Of a DNA stretch of 64,000 nt, positions 1 to 11,910 are shown piece after piece (the stretch's first letter is position 1; each line of letters starts with the position of its first letter). The stretch spans positions 4,960,001 through 5,024,000 of the forward strand of contig NC_135821.1 in assembly GCF_964213995.1 (NCBI RefSeq), read 5' to 3'. Under the pieces are notes generated by a model. That model was not told where the DNA came from. It saw only the letters and a program-made list of their open reading frames with translations, and did no database searches. Source of the stretch: Mustelus asterias. Its lineage: Eukaryota. The translations under genes and the position numbers were made by a program.

Positions 1-279
1 GATTCCTGGGATGGCAGGTCTGTCGTATGAGGAGAGATTAAGTCGGTTAGGATTACATTCACACTTCTTGAAATTCTGCCTCACAATGCCAGGGACTCGG
101 GTTCGATCCCAGGCTCAGGTTACTGCCTGTGCGGAGTCTGCACATTCTACACGTGTCTGCGTGGGTTTCCTCCGGGTGCTCCAGTTACCTCCCACAGTCT
201 GAAAGGTGTCCTGGTTAGGTGCATTAGCCTTGCTAAATTCTCCCTCAGTGTACCTGAACAGGCGCCAGAGTGTGGCGAT

Positions 280-650
280 CTCAAAGAAACTTATAAAATT
301 CTAACCAGGGTAGATTCAGAAAGAATGTTCCCAATTGTGGGGGAGTCCAGAATTGGGGTCATAGTTTGAGGATAAGGGGTAAACCTTTTAGAACTGAGGT
401 GAGGAGAAGTTTCTTCACCCAGAGGGTGGGGAATGTGTGGAATTCATTATCACAGAAAGTAGTTGAGGCCAAAATGTTGTGTGATTTCAAGAAGAAATTA
501 GATATTGCTCTTGGGGCTAAAGGGATCAAGGGATATGGGGGAAGGGGGGAATCAGGATATTGAATTTGATGATCAGCCATGATCAAAATGGATGGCGGAG
601 CAGGCTCGAAGGGCTGAATGGCCTACTCCTGCTTCTAGTTTCTATGTTGC
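280..650 (+). mobile_element. CR1 (HER1-like) LINE 3' fragment
   Basis: FRTEVRRSFFTQRVGNVWNSL C-terminus and CR1 3' UTR hairpin; similar pieces at 5735-6070, 7675-8210, 39640-40090 and 42180-42645 (minus). Confidence 0.85.
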
Positions 651-842
651 TATGGCTCTGCTGGTGAGCAACGCAAATGGCCACTAACTTCAGCGTGGCC
701 AGAAGTTCCCACCAGCAGTCAGTAGTGATCTGCCCCCATCACCGAAGTAACTGCTGTGGGGGGAGGGAGAGGACGGAATGGAAAACTCTACCAAAACAAG
801 TAAGTAGACTCCGAGTCACTTTGTAGTGCGGAATTTGGCCAT

Positions 843-1251
843 TTGCTGAAAAAAGAGACGTGCTGTCAAAGCTTTTCACCGAGGACTCAACAGGACAGAT
901 GCAACAGTAGCAAATGCAATATTTAAATTCAGAGCACTGTCCTCTGCAAACGGAAAGAATACGTCCAGGCATTGTGCCGTTTTTGATGAAACACTGGCGA
1001 GGTTGGAGACAATGGTGAATTCTTCATGGCAACGTCTCGACTAATTGGAGTCGACGTGCCCTTTTTAAATTTAAATGCAACTGGGGTTTAACTGTTCCCT
1101 GGTGCATTCTCCATGTCAACACCTCGGCTAACCAGAGTCTAATCACCAACCAATTAGCACCCTTTCCTTGTGTGGTTGTTCCCTTTGAAATTTGGTATGT
1201 CTTGATGAGTGCAAGGTGAAAAACTTCGACCACATGTCTCTTTTTCCGGCA
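843..1251. mobile_element. Fold-back element with about 38-bp imperfect terminal inverted repeats, probably Penelope-derived
   Basis: 843-880 is the imperfect reverse complement of 1215-1251; TTGATGA...GAAA motif near the right end. Confidence 0.5.
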
Positions 1252-1322
1252 AGCTGACTCTGTTCACAACATTCGTCGTATAACGAAAGCATGCTCCAAA
1301 CGGTTGTTTTCTACGCACTAAC

Positions 1323-1469
1323 CTTGATGTCTTGCAGGTTGATCTGGCCACCACGTTGGTTCTGAAATCTCATCAGCTTCTCCGCTTGTTCATGTTCCTT
1401 TTCTGACAGCTTCTTGAAGAACTTCATAAAGTTGTCCAGGGCAACATCACCTCGGTCAAAGTAATATGA
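1323..1469 (-). CDS. Ferritin gene A exon 2 ([49 protein letters not shown]); exons 3-4 not in window
   Basis: 147-nt phase-0 exon with ctgcAG acceptor and GTtagt donor; aligns ungapped to vertebrate ferritin exon 2. Confidence 0.93.
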
Positions 1470-1632
1470 CTGCAGAATAGTGGACAGGGTTGGAGGGGGG
1501 GATAATTAACCGGAAAATGAATCCAATGGGTTACCAAAATGAGATGATCTGTGAGGTAACTTGACAACACCAGCTGAGAACAACCTTGGACGTTTAGCAA
1601 CGAATACCAAATAATTACAGGGTTTTTTAAAT

Positions 1633-1988
1633 ATTCATTTGTGGGACATGGGCGTCGCTGGCTGGGCCCACCATTTATTGCCCATCCCTAGTTGCCCTTG
1701 GAGGACAGTTGAGAGTCAACCACATTGCTGTGACTCTGAAGTCACACTGAGGCCAGACTGGGTGAAGACGGCCGATTTCCTTCCCGAAAGGGACATTAGT
1801 GAACCAGATGGGTTTTTTTCCGACAATGGTTTCATGGTCATCAGTAGATTCTTAATTCCAGATTATTTTTTTCACTGAATTCAAATTCCACCATCTGCCG
1901 TGGCGGGATTCGAACCTGGGTCCCCAGAACATTAGCTGAGTTTCTGGATTAATAGTCTAGCGATAATACCACTAGGCCATCGCCTCCC
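1633..1988 (-). mobile_element. SacSINE1/DeuSINE-like tRNA SINE
   Basis: tRNA-like head (tggcctagtgg...ggttcgaatcc), central domain, gaatgaat tail; copies at 12450-12807, 26207-26548, 39533-40335 and 57720-57990. Confidence 0.75.
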
Positions 1989-4490
1989 AAGATAACGTTG
2001 TAGATTCAATGCTTCCAGGCATGACTCTAGGATCTAACTGCCGGGGCAAGTCCAGACAAGTTGGAGTGAAGCCCCCAGCTTGGCTCCCGATTGGTCAGCC
2101 TGGGTCATGTGAGCCTTTCAGATGATCGTCCCTTAAAGGGGCCAGGCACCACAATTTGCTTCCCAGAATAAGATACACAGGGGGCTGTAAAACATCCATC
2201 TTTTATCATGGTATATGAGTGTCAGTTAAAAGGCCCCCATTCATCACTAATTGCACTTGAGTTTATGGGGACACAATGGTACAGTGGTATTATCAGGAGA
2301 CTATTAATCCAGAAACTCAGCTCATGTTCTGGGGACCCGGGTTCGAATCCCGCCAATTCCAATCTGGAATTAAAAATCTACTGATGACCCTGAATCCAAT
2401 GTCGATTGTTGGAAAACCCCAACTGGTTCACTAATGTCCCCTTTAGGGAAGGAAATCTGCTGTCCTTACCCTGCCTGGCCTACATGTGACTCCAGGGCCA
2501 CAGCCACCTAACCAGCACAGGTGGATTGGCCATGCTAAATTGCCCTTTAGTGTCCCAAGATGTGCAGGTTAGGTGGATTGGCCATGCTAAATTAACCATT
2601 AGTATCCCCCTAACTTGCTCATCTTTGGACACTAAGGGGCAATTTAGTATGGCCAATCCACCTAACGTGCACTTCTTTGGATGTAGAACTTCAGATCTGC
2701 AAAATTGAGGTTTGACCATTAAGCACACTCATAACATTCGTTAAATGCTAATTTAAACAGGAGCACCCAGACATTTACCACAAGGTGAAAGGGCATACCC
2801 AAGAATGTAGCCTACGCTCATTAAAAACATCTAAGATGATTCGGATGTCGGCTTCCCAGATTTAACCAATCCCAGATTTTCTCAACCCACTGAATGACGG
2901 GTATCTGGAGACGCCACAGGTACAGGAGAGGGAAAAAATTATTTCTCAAACTTTAATCTCGACAAAATTACAAAAGTTTCCTACAAGCCATCACCGACTC
3001 TGTTAAGGGAAAAGATAGCTTTTCAAAATACCCACATGAATTAAGTTTAAAATTCATTTATTAGTGGGCTTACATTAAGTGTCAGCAGTGGATTACATTA
3101 CAGTACATTAAGCAGTACATTAGGGGCAGCAGTGCTAAAGTGGGTGGCACAGTGGTTAGCACTGCTGCTTCACAGCGCCAGGGAGCTGGGTTCGATTCCC
3201 GGCTCGGGTCACTGTCTGTGCGGAGTCTGCACGTTCTCCCCGTGTCTGCGTGGGTTTCCTCCGGGTGCTCCGGTTTCCTCCCATAGTCTGAAAGACGTGC
3301 TGGTTAGGGTGCAATGTCCTGAAAAGGCACCAGATCGTGGCGACTAGGGGAATTTCGCAGTAACTTCATTGCAGGGTTAATGTAAGCCTGACTTGTGACT
3401 AATAAATAAACTTTAACTTAACACTGCAATGAAGTTACTGTGAAAATCCTCTAGTCGCCACACTCCGGCACCTGTTTGGATACACTGAGGTAGAATTTAG
3501 CACGGCCAATGCAACTAACCAGCACGTCTTTCGGATTCATAAATAAACACATTAGCTGAGTTTCTGGATCAATAAAAGCAAATTACTGCGGATGCTGGAA
3601 TCTGAAACCAAAAGACTAAATACTGGAAAATCTCAGCAGGTCTTGCAGCATCAGTCAGGAAAGAAAAGAGCTGACGTTTCAAGTCCAGATGACCCTTTGT
3701 CAAAGCTGACAAAACCCCCTAGTCGCCACACTCCGACGCCTGTTCGGGTAACACTGAGGGAGAATTTTAGCACGGCCAGTGCACCCTAACCAGCACGTCT
3801 TTCGGACTGTGGGAGGAAACGGAGCATCATTCAAGTTAAAGTTTATTTATTAGTGTCACAAGTAGGCTTACATTAACACTGCAATGAAGTTACTGTGAAA
3901 ATCCCCTAGTCGCCACACACCAACATCTTTTCAGGTACACTGAGGGAGAATTTAGCACGGCCAATGCACCCTAACCAGCACGTCTTTCAGATTTGCACAG
4001 CATGGTGGCACAGTGGTTAGCACTGCTGCCTCACAGCGCCAGGGACCCGGGTTCGATTCCCAGCTTGGGTCACTGTGGGGTGCAGAGTCTGCACATTCTC
4101 CCCGTGTCTGCATGGGTTTCCTCCGGGTGTTCCAGGTTCCTCCCACAGTCTGAAAGACGTGCTGGTTAGATGCATTGGCCGTGCTAAATTCTCCCTCAGT
4201 GTAGCCAGCGGCGTTGGAGTGTGGCGACTGGGGGATTTTCGCAGTAACTTCATTGCAGTGTTAATGCAAGCCTACTTGTGACACCAATAAATAAATAAGC
4301 TAAACTAAACTGTGGGAGGAAAGCGGAGGAAACCCACGCAGACACCGGGAGAACGTGCAAACTCCACACAGACAGTGACCTGAGGCTGGGAATCGAACCT
4401 GAGTCCTTGAGGCAGCAGTGCTAACCACTGTGCCACCGTGCCATCCCAAGTTTCAAGCTTAAGAAGGTTTGCTCTGAGTGCAGGACTCAC

Positions 4491-4592
4491 CATGGAGAGG
4501 TAGACGTAGGAAGAGTAGAGCTCCATGTTAATCATGCGATTCACCGCACCCTCACAGTCCTTGTGGTAGTTCAGACGCATGTTATGGTCCAT
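4491..4592 (-). CDS. Ferritin gene A exon 1 ([34 protein letters not shown]), heavy/middle-subunit-like
   Basis: ATG at 4592, 34 codons, GTGAGT donor at 4490; ferritin helix A signature. Confidence 0.93.
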
Positions 4593-4718
4593 GCTCAACG
4601 CGGGGTAAAAATAATCGGCGTTTGGCAGTCTTCGGAGCTGACAGGAGACAAGGAGTAGCTGCTGTGGAGAGGCCTTGCAGAGGCAGCAGTGTGCAAACCT
4701 GTCTCAGGGGGCACCTGA

Positions 4719-4725
4719 ATTTATA
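4719..4725 (-). promoter_or_regulatory. Putative TATA box of gene A
   Basis: TATAAAT about 130 nt upstream of the ATG, with G-rich boxes further upstream. Confidence 0.5.
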
Positions 4726-6808
4726 CAACTTAGCTACCGTCTCTCTTGAACTTCGAACTGCGAGCACTGTGAGTGGCTGCTCTTTCAACCAATGGGACAG
4801 CTGCTTTGGCTCAGGTGTCGTCAGGAGGGCGGAATCGGTGGGGGGGGGGCGGTGGGATGGGGTGGAGGGGGGGAATGGCGTGAGGCTTTGCAAAGATTGA
4901 CACTTCTGCCTGGCTGCCCACCAGCTCTCCTCCCGATGTTTAATTGCCTGGGACATCTTGGCATCAAAGTTTTCTCTTCCTATTTTAAGCTATTCAACTA
5001 ACAATGAATTCTGGTGAACTCAGCAACATGCTGGGTGTGGCAATCTTCTGTTAGTCATCTTAACAAGTATGTTGTTATACTAAGTCGGTTCGGATTATAT
5101 TCGCTGGAGTTTAGAAGAGTGAAAGGGGAAATTTATAAAATTCTAACAGGATTTTCCACAAGTTTTTTTTTTACACAGAGGAAGCCTGGAACTCGCTGCC
5201 GGGGGAAGTTGTGGAAGCAGATACGATCGTGACTTTTAAGGGTCGTCTTGACAAATACATGAATAGGATGAGAATAGAGCGATATGGTCTCTGCAAGGGG
5301 TAGGGGGTTTAAGTTCAGACAAGCAGCATGGTCGGTGCAGGCTTGGAGGGCCAAAAGGCCTGTTCCTGTGCTGTAATTTTCTTTGTTCTTTGTTTAGACA
5401 GGGTAGATTAGACATTGGGTGCCACGGTGGCACAGCACTGCTGCCTCACAGCACTATGGACCCGGGTTCAATTTCCAGCCTCGGGTCACTGTCTGTGTGG
5501 AGTTTGCACATTCTCCCCGTGTCTGCGTGGGTTTCCTCCAGGTGCTCCGATTTCCTCCCACAGTGCAAAGATGTGCGGGTTAGGTGGATTGGCCGTGCTA
5601 AATTGCTCCTTATTGTTAGGGGGACTAGCTAGGGTAAATGCATGGGGTTACGGGGATAAGGTCTGGATGGGATTATGGTCGGTGTAGACCTGATGGACCG
5701 AATGGCCTCCTTCTGCCCTGCATGACTCTAAAATTCAGAAAGAATGTTCCTGATGGTGGGGGAGTCCAGAACTAGGGGTCACAGTTTGAGGATAAGGGGT
5801 CAACCTTTTAGGACTGAGGTGAGGAGAAATTTCTTCACCCAGAGGGTGGTGAATGTGTGGAATTCACTCCCACAGAAAGCAGCGGGGGCCAAAACATTGT
5901 GTGATTTCAAGAAGAAATTAGAAATAGCTCTTGGGGCTAAAGGGATCGAGGGATGGGTGGGGGAAGGGGGTGATCAGGATATTGAATTTGATGCTATGCT
6001 ATGATCATAATGAATGGCGGAGCAGGTTGGAAGGGCCAAATGACCTATTCCTGCTTCTAGTTTCTATAGTGAGCAGTTTATATCAGCTGAGTTAATGCCA
6101 TCACCGAAGGAGTGGACACAGAAATATGCTAACCTGACCAATGTTCATCCACTGGCATATGAAGATAATCCCAGATAGCAAAGATCTTTGCTTTACTGAT
6201 CAGGAAGATCTGAAACTCCACTCTCCCCACCATTGTCCCACATCAATTAAAGGTGTTTGGGGGTTTTTGTCCCTCTGACTCCTCCAAGAGATTGATTCCG
6301 TGGATGAAAATGTCCAACATTTTCCTTTTACCAGTTGAAAATTGTGTCCCCTGGATCTAATCTAGCATTTTACATTAATGCCAGGTAATTTTCTGCAGTT
6401 AGGGGAATCATAGAATCCCTACAGTGCAGAAGGAGGCCATTTGGTCCATCGTGTATGCACCATCTCCTACCCAGGCTTACCCTGTAACCCCGCATATTTA
6501 CCCCTCTTAACCTACATATCTTTGGACACCAAGGGACAATTTAGCACGGCCAATCCACCCTAACCTGCACATCTTTGGAGTGTGGGAGGAAACCGGAGCA
6601 CCCGGAGGAAACTCACGCAGATATGGGGAGATTGTGCAAACTCCACACAGACAATGGCCCGAGGTCAGAATCGAACCCGGGTCCCTGGCGCTGTGAGGCA
6701 GCAGTGCTAACCGCTGTGTTGGTGTGTTAACCTATAACCTATAACCTTCTGACTCAAGGAAGAGGGCACAGCTGACACTTTGCCATTTTTATTTGCCCTG
6801 GGAAGATG

Positions 6809-7444
6809 TTGTGGGCTGGCATATTGATGGGCCGAGGTCCCCGTGGTGTTCTCAGTCGTGTTAGGTAGTGAACGGTAGGCGACAGCGATGGTGACAGAAG
6901 GGTGGGGTATGTCTGTGTGGGGGTGGCGCACACCTTGGGTAGTGAGGGTGCTCTGTATCCTGCCGCCACTCGCTCTTCTTCTCGTTTTCCATCTTACTAC
7001 TTCGATCGGGATGATGTTGCTTTGAGGAACTTTGCCAGGTTTTATCTGGAGCAGTCGTTTGAGGTGTTTCCTCGGAAGGAACTCTTCAAATGCAGACAAT
7101 AAAAATATAACAAAACTTACTCCAACTTATAAATCAAAGAAAGGGTTTAATAAAGAAACTTCATTACTCCAAACTTGGGGCCTCGCCCTGGGCCACTCCA
7201 AGCTCCCCACAATTCCCAACAGGTTCTTATATATAGAGAGTCAGCTGACCATCACACCATTGATTCCATGGTTTAGAGGGTCAGCTGACCCTTACAGCTT
7301 GTTACCATTGGTCACATTACATCCAATACAAAGTTGTCACCGGTTACATTCTAACATGAGGAGCAGGAACATGCTGCCAAGCTGATGAGGTTTCAGAATC
7401 AGCCGCATCATCCTGAAGGATATCAAGGTTAGCGCGAGGGAGAG
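6809..7444 (+). pseudogene. Dead duplicate of gene B exon 2 with flanking intron
   Basis: Near-identical to 21699-22046; acceptor AG lost (ttccA-tct), 8-bp deletion in the RGG codons, interrupted by a 292-bp insertion. Confidence 0.92.
7065..7356. mobile_element. Probable solo LTR inside the pseudo-exon
   Basis: TGTT...AACA termini, exact 5-bp target duplication TGAGG at 7060-7064 and 7357-7361, internal TATA-like and polyA-signal-like motifs. Confidence 0.75.
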
Positions 7445-9027
7445 GTGGGTTGCCTCACATCCTTTAAAAAGTACCTGGATGAGCACTTGGCATGTCATAA
7501 CATTCAGGGCTATGGGCCAAGTGTTGGTAAATGGGATTAGGTGAGAGATCAGGTGTTTCTCAAATGTCGGTCCAGACTCGATGGGCCGAAGGGCCTCTTC
7601 TGCGCTGTATGATTCTCTCCAGGGGTTAGAATCAGCCTCATGGCACCTCTCTGCATCTTGAATATTGGCCAGTAGCATTGAACCTTATATATAGAACCTT
7701 AGTTAGGCCACACTTGGAATATAGTGTTCAATTCTGGTCGCCACACTACCAGAAGGATGTGGAAGCTTTGGAGAGGGTACAGAAAAGATTTACCAAGATG
7801 TTGCCTGCTGTGGAGGGCATTAGCTATGAGGAGAGGTTGGAGAAACTTGGTTTGTTCTCACTGGAACAACGGAGATTGAGGGGCGACCCGATAGAAGTCT
7901 ACAAGATTATGAGGGGCATGGATAGAATGGATAGTCAGAAGCTTTTTCCCCAGGGTGGAAGAGTCAATTACTAGGGGGCACAGGTTTAAGGTACGAGGGG
8001 CAAGGTTTAAAGGATATGTATGAGGCAGGTTTTTTACACAGAGGGTGGTGGGTGCCTGGAACTTGCTGCCGGGGGAGGGAGTGGAAGCAGATATGTTAGT
8101 GACTTTTAAGGGGCGTCTTGAAAAATACATGATTAGGATGGGAATGGAGGGATATGGTCCCAGGAAGGGTAGGAGGTTTTAGTTCAGTCGGGTAGCATGG
8201 TCGGTGCACAAGTGTGGTCAACCAGTAGACTTTGATCACCACTTTCTGTTTTGGCTATATTACTCAGGATTCTATTAGCACGGGTGCAGGAACAGTGCAG
8301 AGTTAGGGAGAGACCAGAGCAACAGCAAGGGGAAAGCTCAGAAAAAAAACCCTACAGAACACAATGCATTTTGAGTAAATTCTTTTTTTGAAATTGAGTT
8401 CAAATTTTTAATACATTACTCAAAGACTAATCAAGATCCTCTATTAACTCGAACAGGTTTTTTGTTACACCATGGTATGGGGGAAGGCCATTTGGCCCAT
8501 TGGTCTCAATTAGACCATAAGACCATAAGGTTTAGCAGCAAAGTTAGGCCATTCGACCCATCGAGTCAGCTCCGCCATTCAATCATAGTTGATAAGTTTC
8601 TCAACCTCATTCTCCCGCCTTTTCCCCATAATCTTTGATTCTCTTACCAATCAAGAGCCTATCCATCTCTGTCTTAAAGACACTCAATGACCCGGCCTCC
8701 TCTGTGGCAATAGATTCCACAGATTCACCACCCTCCGGCTGAAGAAATTCCTCCAAAGGATTGCCCCTTTACTCTGAGGCTGTGCCCTCGGATCCGAGTC
8801 TCTCTGACTAATGGAAACATCTTCCCCACATCCACTCTATCCAGGCCTTTCAGGGTTCTGTAAGTTTCCACGAGATCCCCCCATATCCGACTAAAGTCCA
8901 TCGAGTACAGATCCAGTGTCCTCAAACACTCCACATCAGTCATCTCTTGCTACTCCCCTACCTTTCCCCTGTAACCCTGCAAATCTTTCCTTCTCAGGTA
9001 ATGATCAAATTCCTCATGGAAAGCCTT

Positions 9028-9350
9028 GGGCGGCGCGGTGACACAATGGTTAGCACTGCTGCCTCACAGCGCCAGGGACCCTGGTTCAATTCCAGCCTTG
9101 GGTCACTGTCTGTGTGGAGTTTGCACGTTCTCCCCGTGTCTGCGTGGGTTTCCTCCAGGTATTCCGGTTTCCTCCCACACTCCAAAGATGTGCAGGTTAG
9201 GTTGATTGGCCATGCTAAATTGCCCCTTAGTGTCAGGGGATTAGCAGGGTAAATAACTGAGATTACGGGAATAGGGTCTGGGTGGGATTGTGGTCAGTGC
9301 AAACTCGATGGGCCAAATGGCCTCCTTCTGCACTGTAGGGATTCTATGAA
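9028..9350 (+). mobile_element. HE1-type V-SINE with CR1-derived tail (representative of dozens of copies)
   Basis: A/B-box head, V domain gggtttcctcc...ggtttcctcccac, tail gggcc.aatggcct...gattctatga; others at 6410-6718, 21375-21690, 36040-36345, 46555-46898 and 61308-61646. Confidence 0.88.
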
Positions 9351-10898
9351 CCTGCCTCCGCCACACTCTCAGGCAATGCACTCCGAATCCTAACCACTCA
9401 CTGTGCGGGTGGATTTTACCTTGTGTCTCTGTTGCTTCTTTTGCCAGTCACTTTAAACCTGTGCTGTCTAGCTCTCGATCCTTCTCCCAATGGGAAGAGT
9501 TCCTTCCTGTCTACTCTGTCCAGATCCCTGATGGTTCATACTTCTATCCAATCTCCTCTCGACCTTCTCTGAAGGAAATCTTTTGATTTTTGATTTGATT
9601 TATTATTGTCACCTGTATTAACATACAGTGAAAAGTATTGTTTCTTGCGCGCTATACAGACAAAGCATACCGTTCATAGAGAAGGAAAGGAGAGAGTGCA
9701 GAATGTAGTGTTACAGTCATAGCTAGGATATAGAGAAAGATCAACTGAATGCCGGGTAGGTCCATTCAAAAATCTGACAGCAGCAGGGAAGAAGCTGTTC
9801 TTGAGTCGGTTGGTACGTGACCTCAGCCTTTTGTACATTTTTCCCGACGGAAGAAGGCGGAAGAGAGTGTATCCAGGTGCGTGGAGTCCTTAATTATGCT
9901 GGCTGCTTTTCCGAGGCAGTGGAAAGTGTAGCCAGGTTCCCAGGTTCAATTCCTGGCTTGGGTCACTGTCTGTGACCTACCTCGCACTAAGTTGATCTTT
10001 CTCTACACCCTAACTATGATTGTAACGAGGGGTGGCACAGTGATACAGCGGTTAGCACTGCTGCCTCACAGCGCCAGGGACCTGGGTTCGACTCCCGGCT
10101 TGGGCCACTATCTGTGCGGAGTCTGCACTTTCTCCCCGTGTCTGTGTGGGTTTCTTCCGGGTGCTCTGGTTTCCTCCCACAGTCTGAAAGATGTGCTGGT
10201 TAGGTGCATAGGCCTGAACAGGCGTGGTCAGAGTGTGGTGGCTCGGAGAATTTCACTGTAACTTCATTGCAGTGTTAATGTAAGCTTATTTGTGATTAAT
10301 GAATAAACTGGTGGAAGAGTGAACGTCCGGGATGCGTGGGGTCCTTAATTATGCTGACTGCTTTGCCGAGGCAGCAGGAAGTGTAGACAGAGTCAATGGA
10401 TGTGAGGCTGGTTTGCGTGATGGATTGGGCTACATTCATGACCCTTTGTAGCTTCTTGCGGTCTTGGGCAGAGCAGGAGCTGCACCAAGCTGTGATACAG
10501 CCAGAAAGGATGGGTTCCCAATGTCTCCAATTCTCCTAAATCCTGGATCCATTCTCATGAATCTTTTCTCTCTCATGCCTCCACATCCTTCCTAACATCT
10601 GGTGCCTGGAAGGGTTTGCAATATTTCTTTTTTAACCTAAAATTATGTGAGTGAATTTTTCTTAAGCAATGTTGAAATGAATGAATGGTTAATTGCACAT
10701 GCCTCTGGGCAGTGGTCCCGCCCAGTCCCTTCTCACACAATATTTGATGCTTTTAGACACTGCTTTCATCTAATTAACTTTTGAAAGAAAAGTCAAGTTT
10801 TCACAAGTACCAACACGGCCTAAAGGCGAGAATAGGCCATGCCCCAATCACAGCGAATGTAAAGATTCCTTTGTGTAGCTATGCACAATCTGGGCTGT

Positions 10899-10928
10899 GT
10901 TTCTGCTTCAGCGGTCTCGGAACGGAAC
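10899..10928 (+). promoter_or_regulatory. Degenerate ferritin-type IRE relic
   Basis: GTTTCTGCTTCAGCGGTCTCGGAACGGAAC matches gene C IRE at 21/30 ungapped; loop is CGGTCT rather than CAGTGN. Confidence 0.6.
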
Positions 10929-11294
10929 TCCTGGCCTCCTTGTTTTGTTTTATTGGCTATGGTCTAATAGACCCAACCATTCCCACTACCTTCTGATTCA
11001 CATCCCGGAACTATCCGGAGGCCACGTCCAGATCCTTTTCAGCTTCTTCTGTCTGGCCGCCATGTGCAAAAGATGGTGTTGCAGAGGTGATGTAACCCCG
11101 GATGGATAATTCAGTCAGGCCAGTCGACTAGGGACGAAATTTTCACAGCAGCTGAAATTAATAATATCGGTTAGTACTACAGCCTCACAGCGCCAAGGAC
11201 CCGGGCTCAATTCCAGCCCTGGGTCACTGTCTGTGTGTGGACGTTCTCCCCGTGTCTGCGTGGGTTTCCTCCGGGTGCTCCGGTTTCCTTCCAC

Positions 11295-11910
11295 AGTCCA
11301 AAGATGTGCAGGTTAGGTGGATTGGCCATGCTAAATTGCATCTTCGTGTCCAACGATGAGCAGGTTAGGTGGATTGGCCATGCCAAATTGCCCCTTAGTG
11401 TCCCAAGGTGTGCAGGTTAGGTGGATTGGCCATGCTAAATTGCCCTTAGTGTCCAAAGATGTGCAGGTTAGGTGGATTGGCCGTGCTAAATTGCCCCTTA
11501 GTGTCCAAAGATATGCAGGTTAGGTGGATTGGACATGTTAAATTGCGTCTTAGTGTCCAAAGATGTGCAGGTTAGGTGGATTGGCCATGCTAAATTGCCC
11601 CTTAGTGTCCCAAGGTGTGCAGGTTAGGTGGATTGGCCATGCTAAATTGCCCTTTAGTGTCCAAATATATGCAAGTTAGGTGGATTGGACATGCTAAATT
11701 GCCCCTTAGTGTCCAACGATGTGCAGGTTAGGTCGATTGGCCATGCTAAACTGCGTCTTAGTGTCCAAAGATGTGCAGGTTAGGTGGATTGGCCATGCTA
11801 AATTGTCCCTTAATGTCCAACGATAAGCAGGTTAGGTGGATTGGGCATGGTAAACTGCGTCTTAATGTCCAACAATGTGCAGGTTAGGTGGATTGGCCAT
11901 GCTAAATTGA
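11295..11910 (+). repeat. Tandem array of about 52-bp HE1 internal unit (about 12 copies)
   Basis: gtccaaagatgtgcaggttaggtggattggccatgctaaattgccccttagt repeated within one SINE. Confidence 0.92.

Noticed and set aside
3132-4281. Recurrent [11 protein letters not shown] / [11 protein letters not shown] ORFs throughout the window
   Set aside because: Translations of HE1-type SINEs
4689-4695. Metal-response element cores near genes A and B (also 14768-14774)
   Set aside because: Single 7-mers expected by chance, with no clustering
4755-4780. CAGTGC loop upstream of gene A as an IRE
   Set aside because: Flanks do not form the 5-bp stem, and it lies upstream of the putative TATA box
11295-11910. 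CRISPR-like array
   Set aside because: No unique spacers, eukaryotic context, and the unit is SINE-internal
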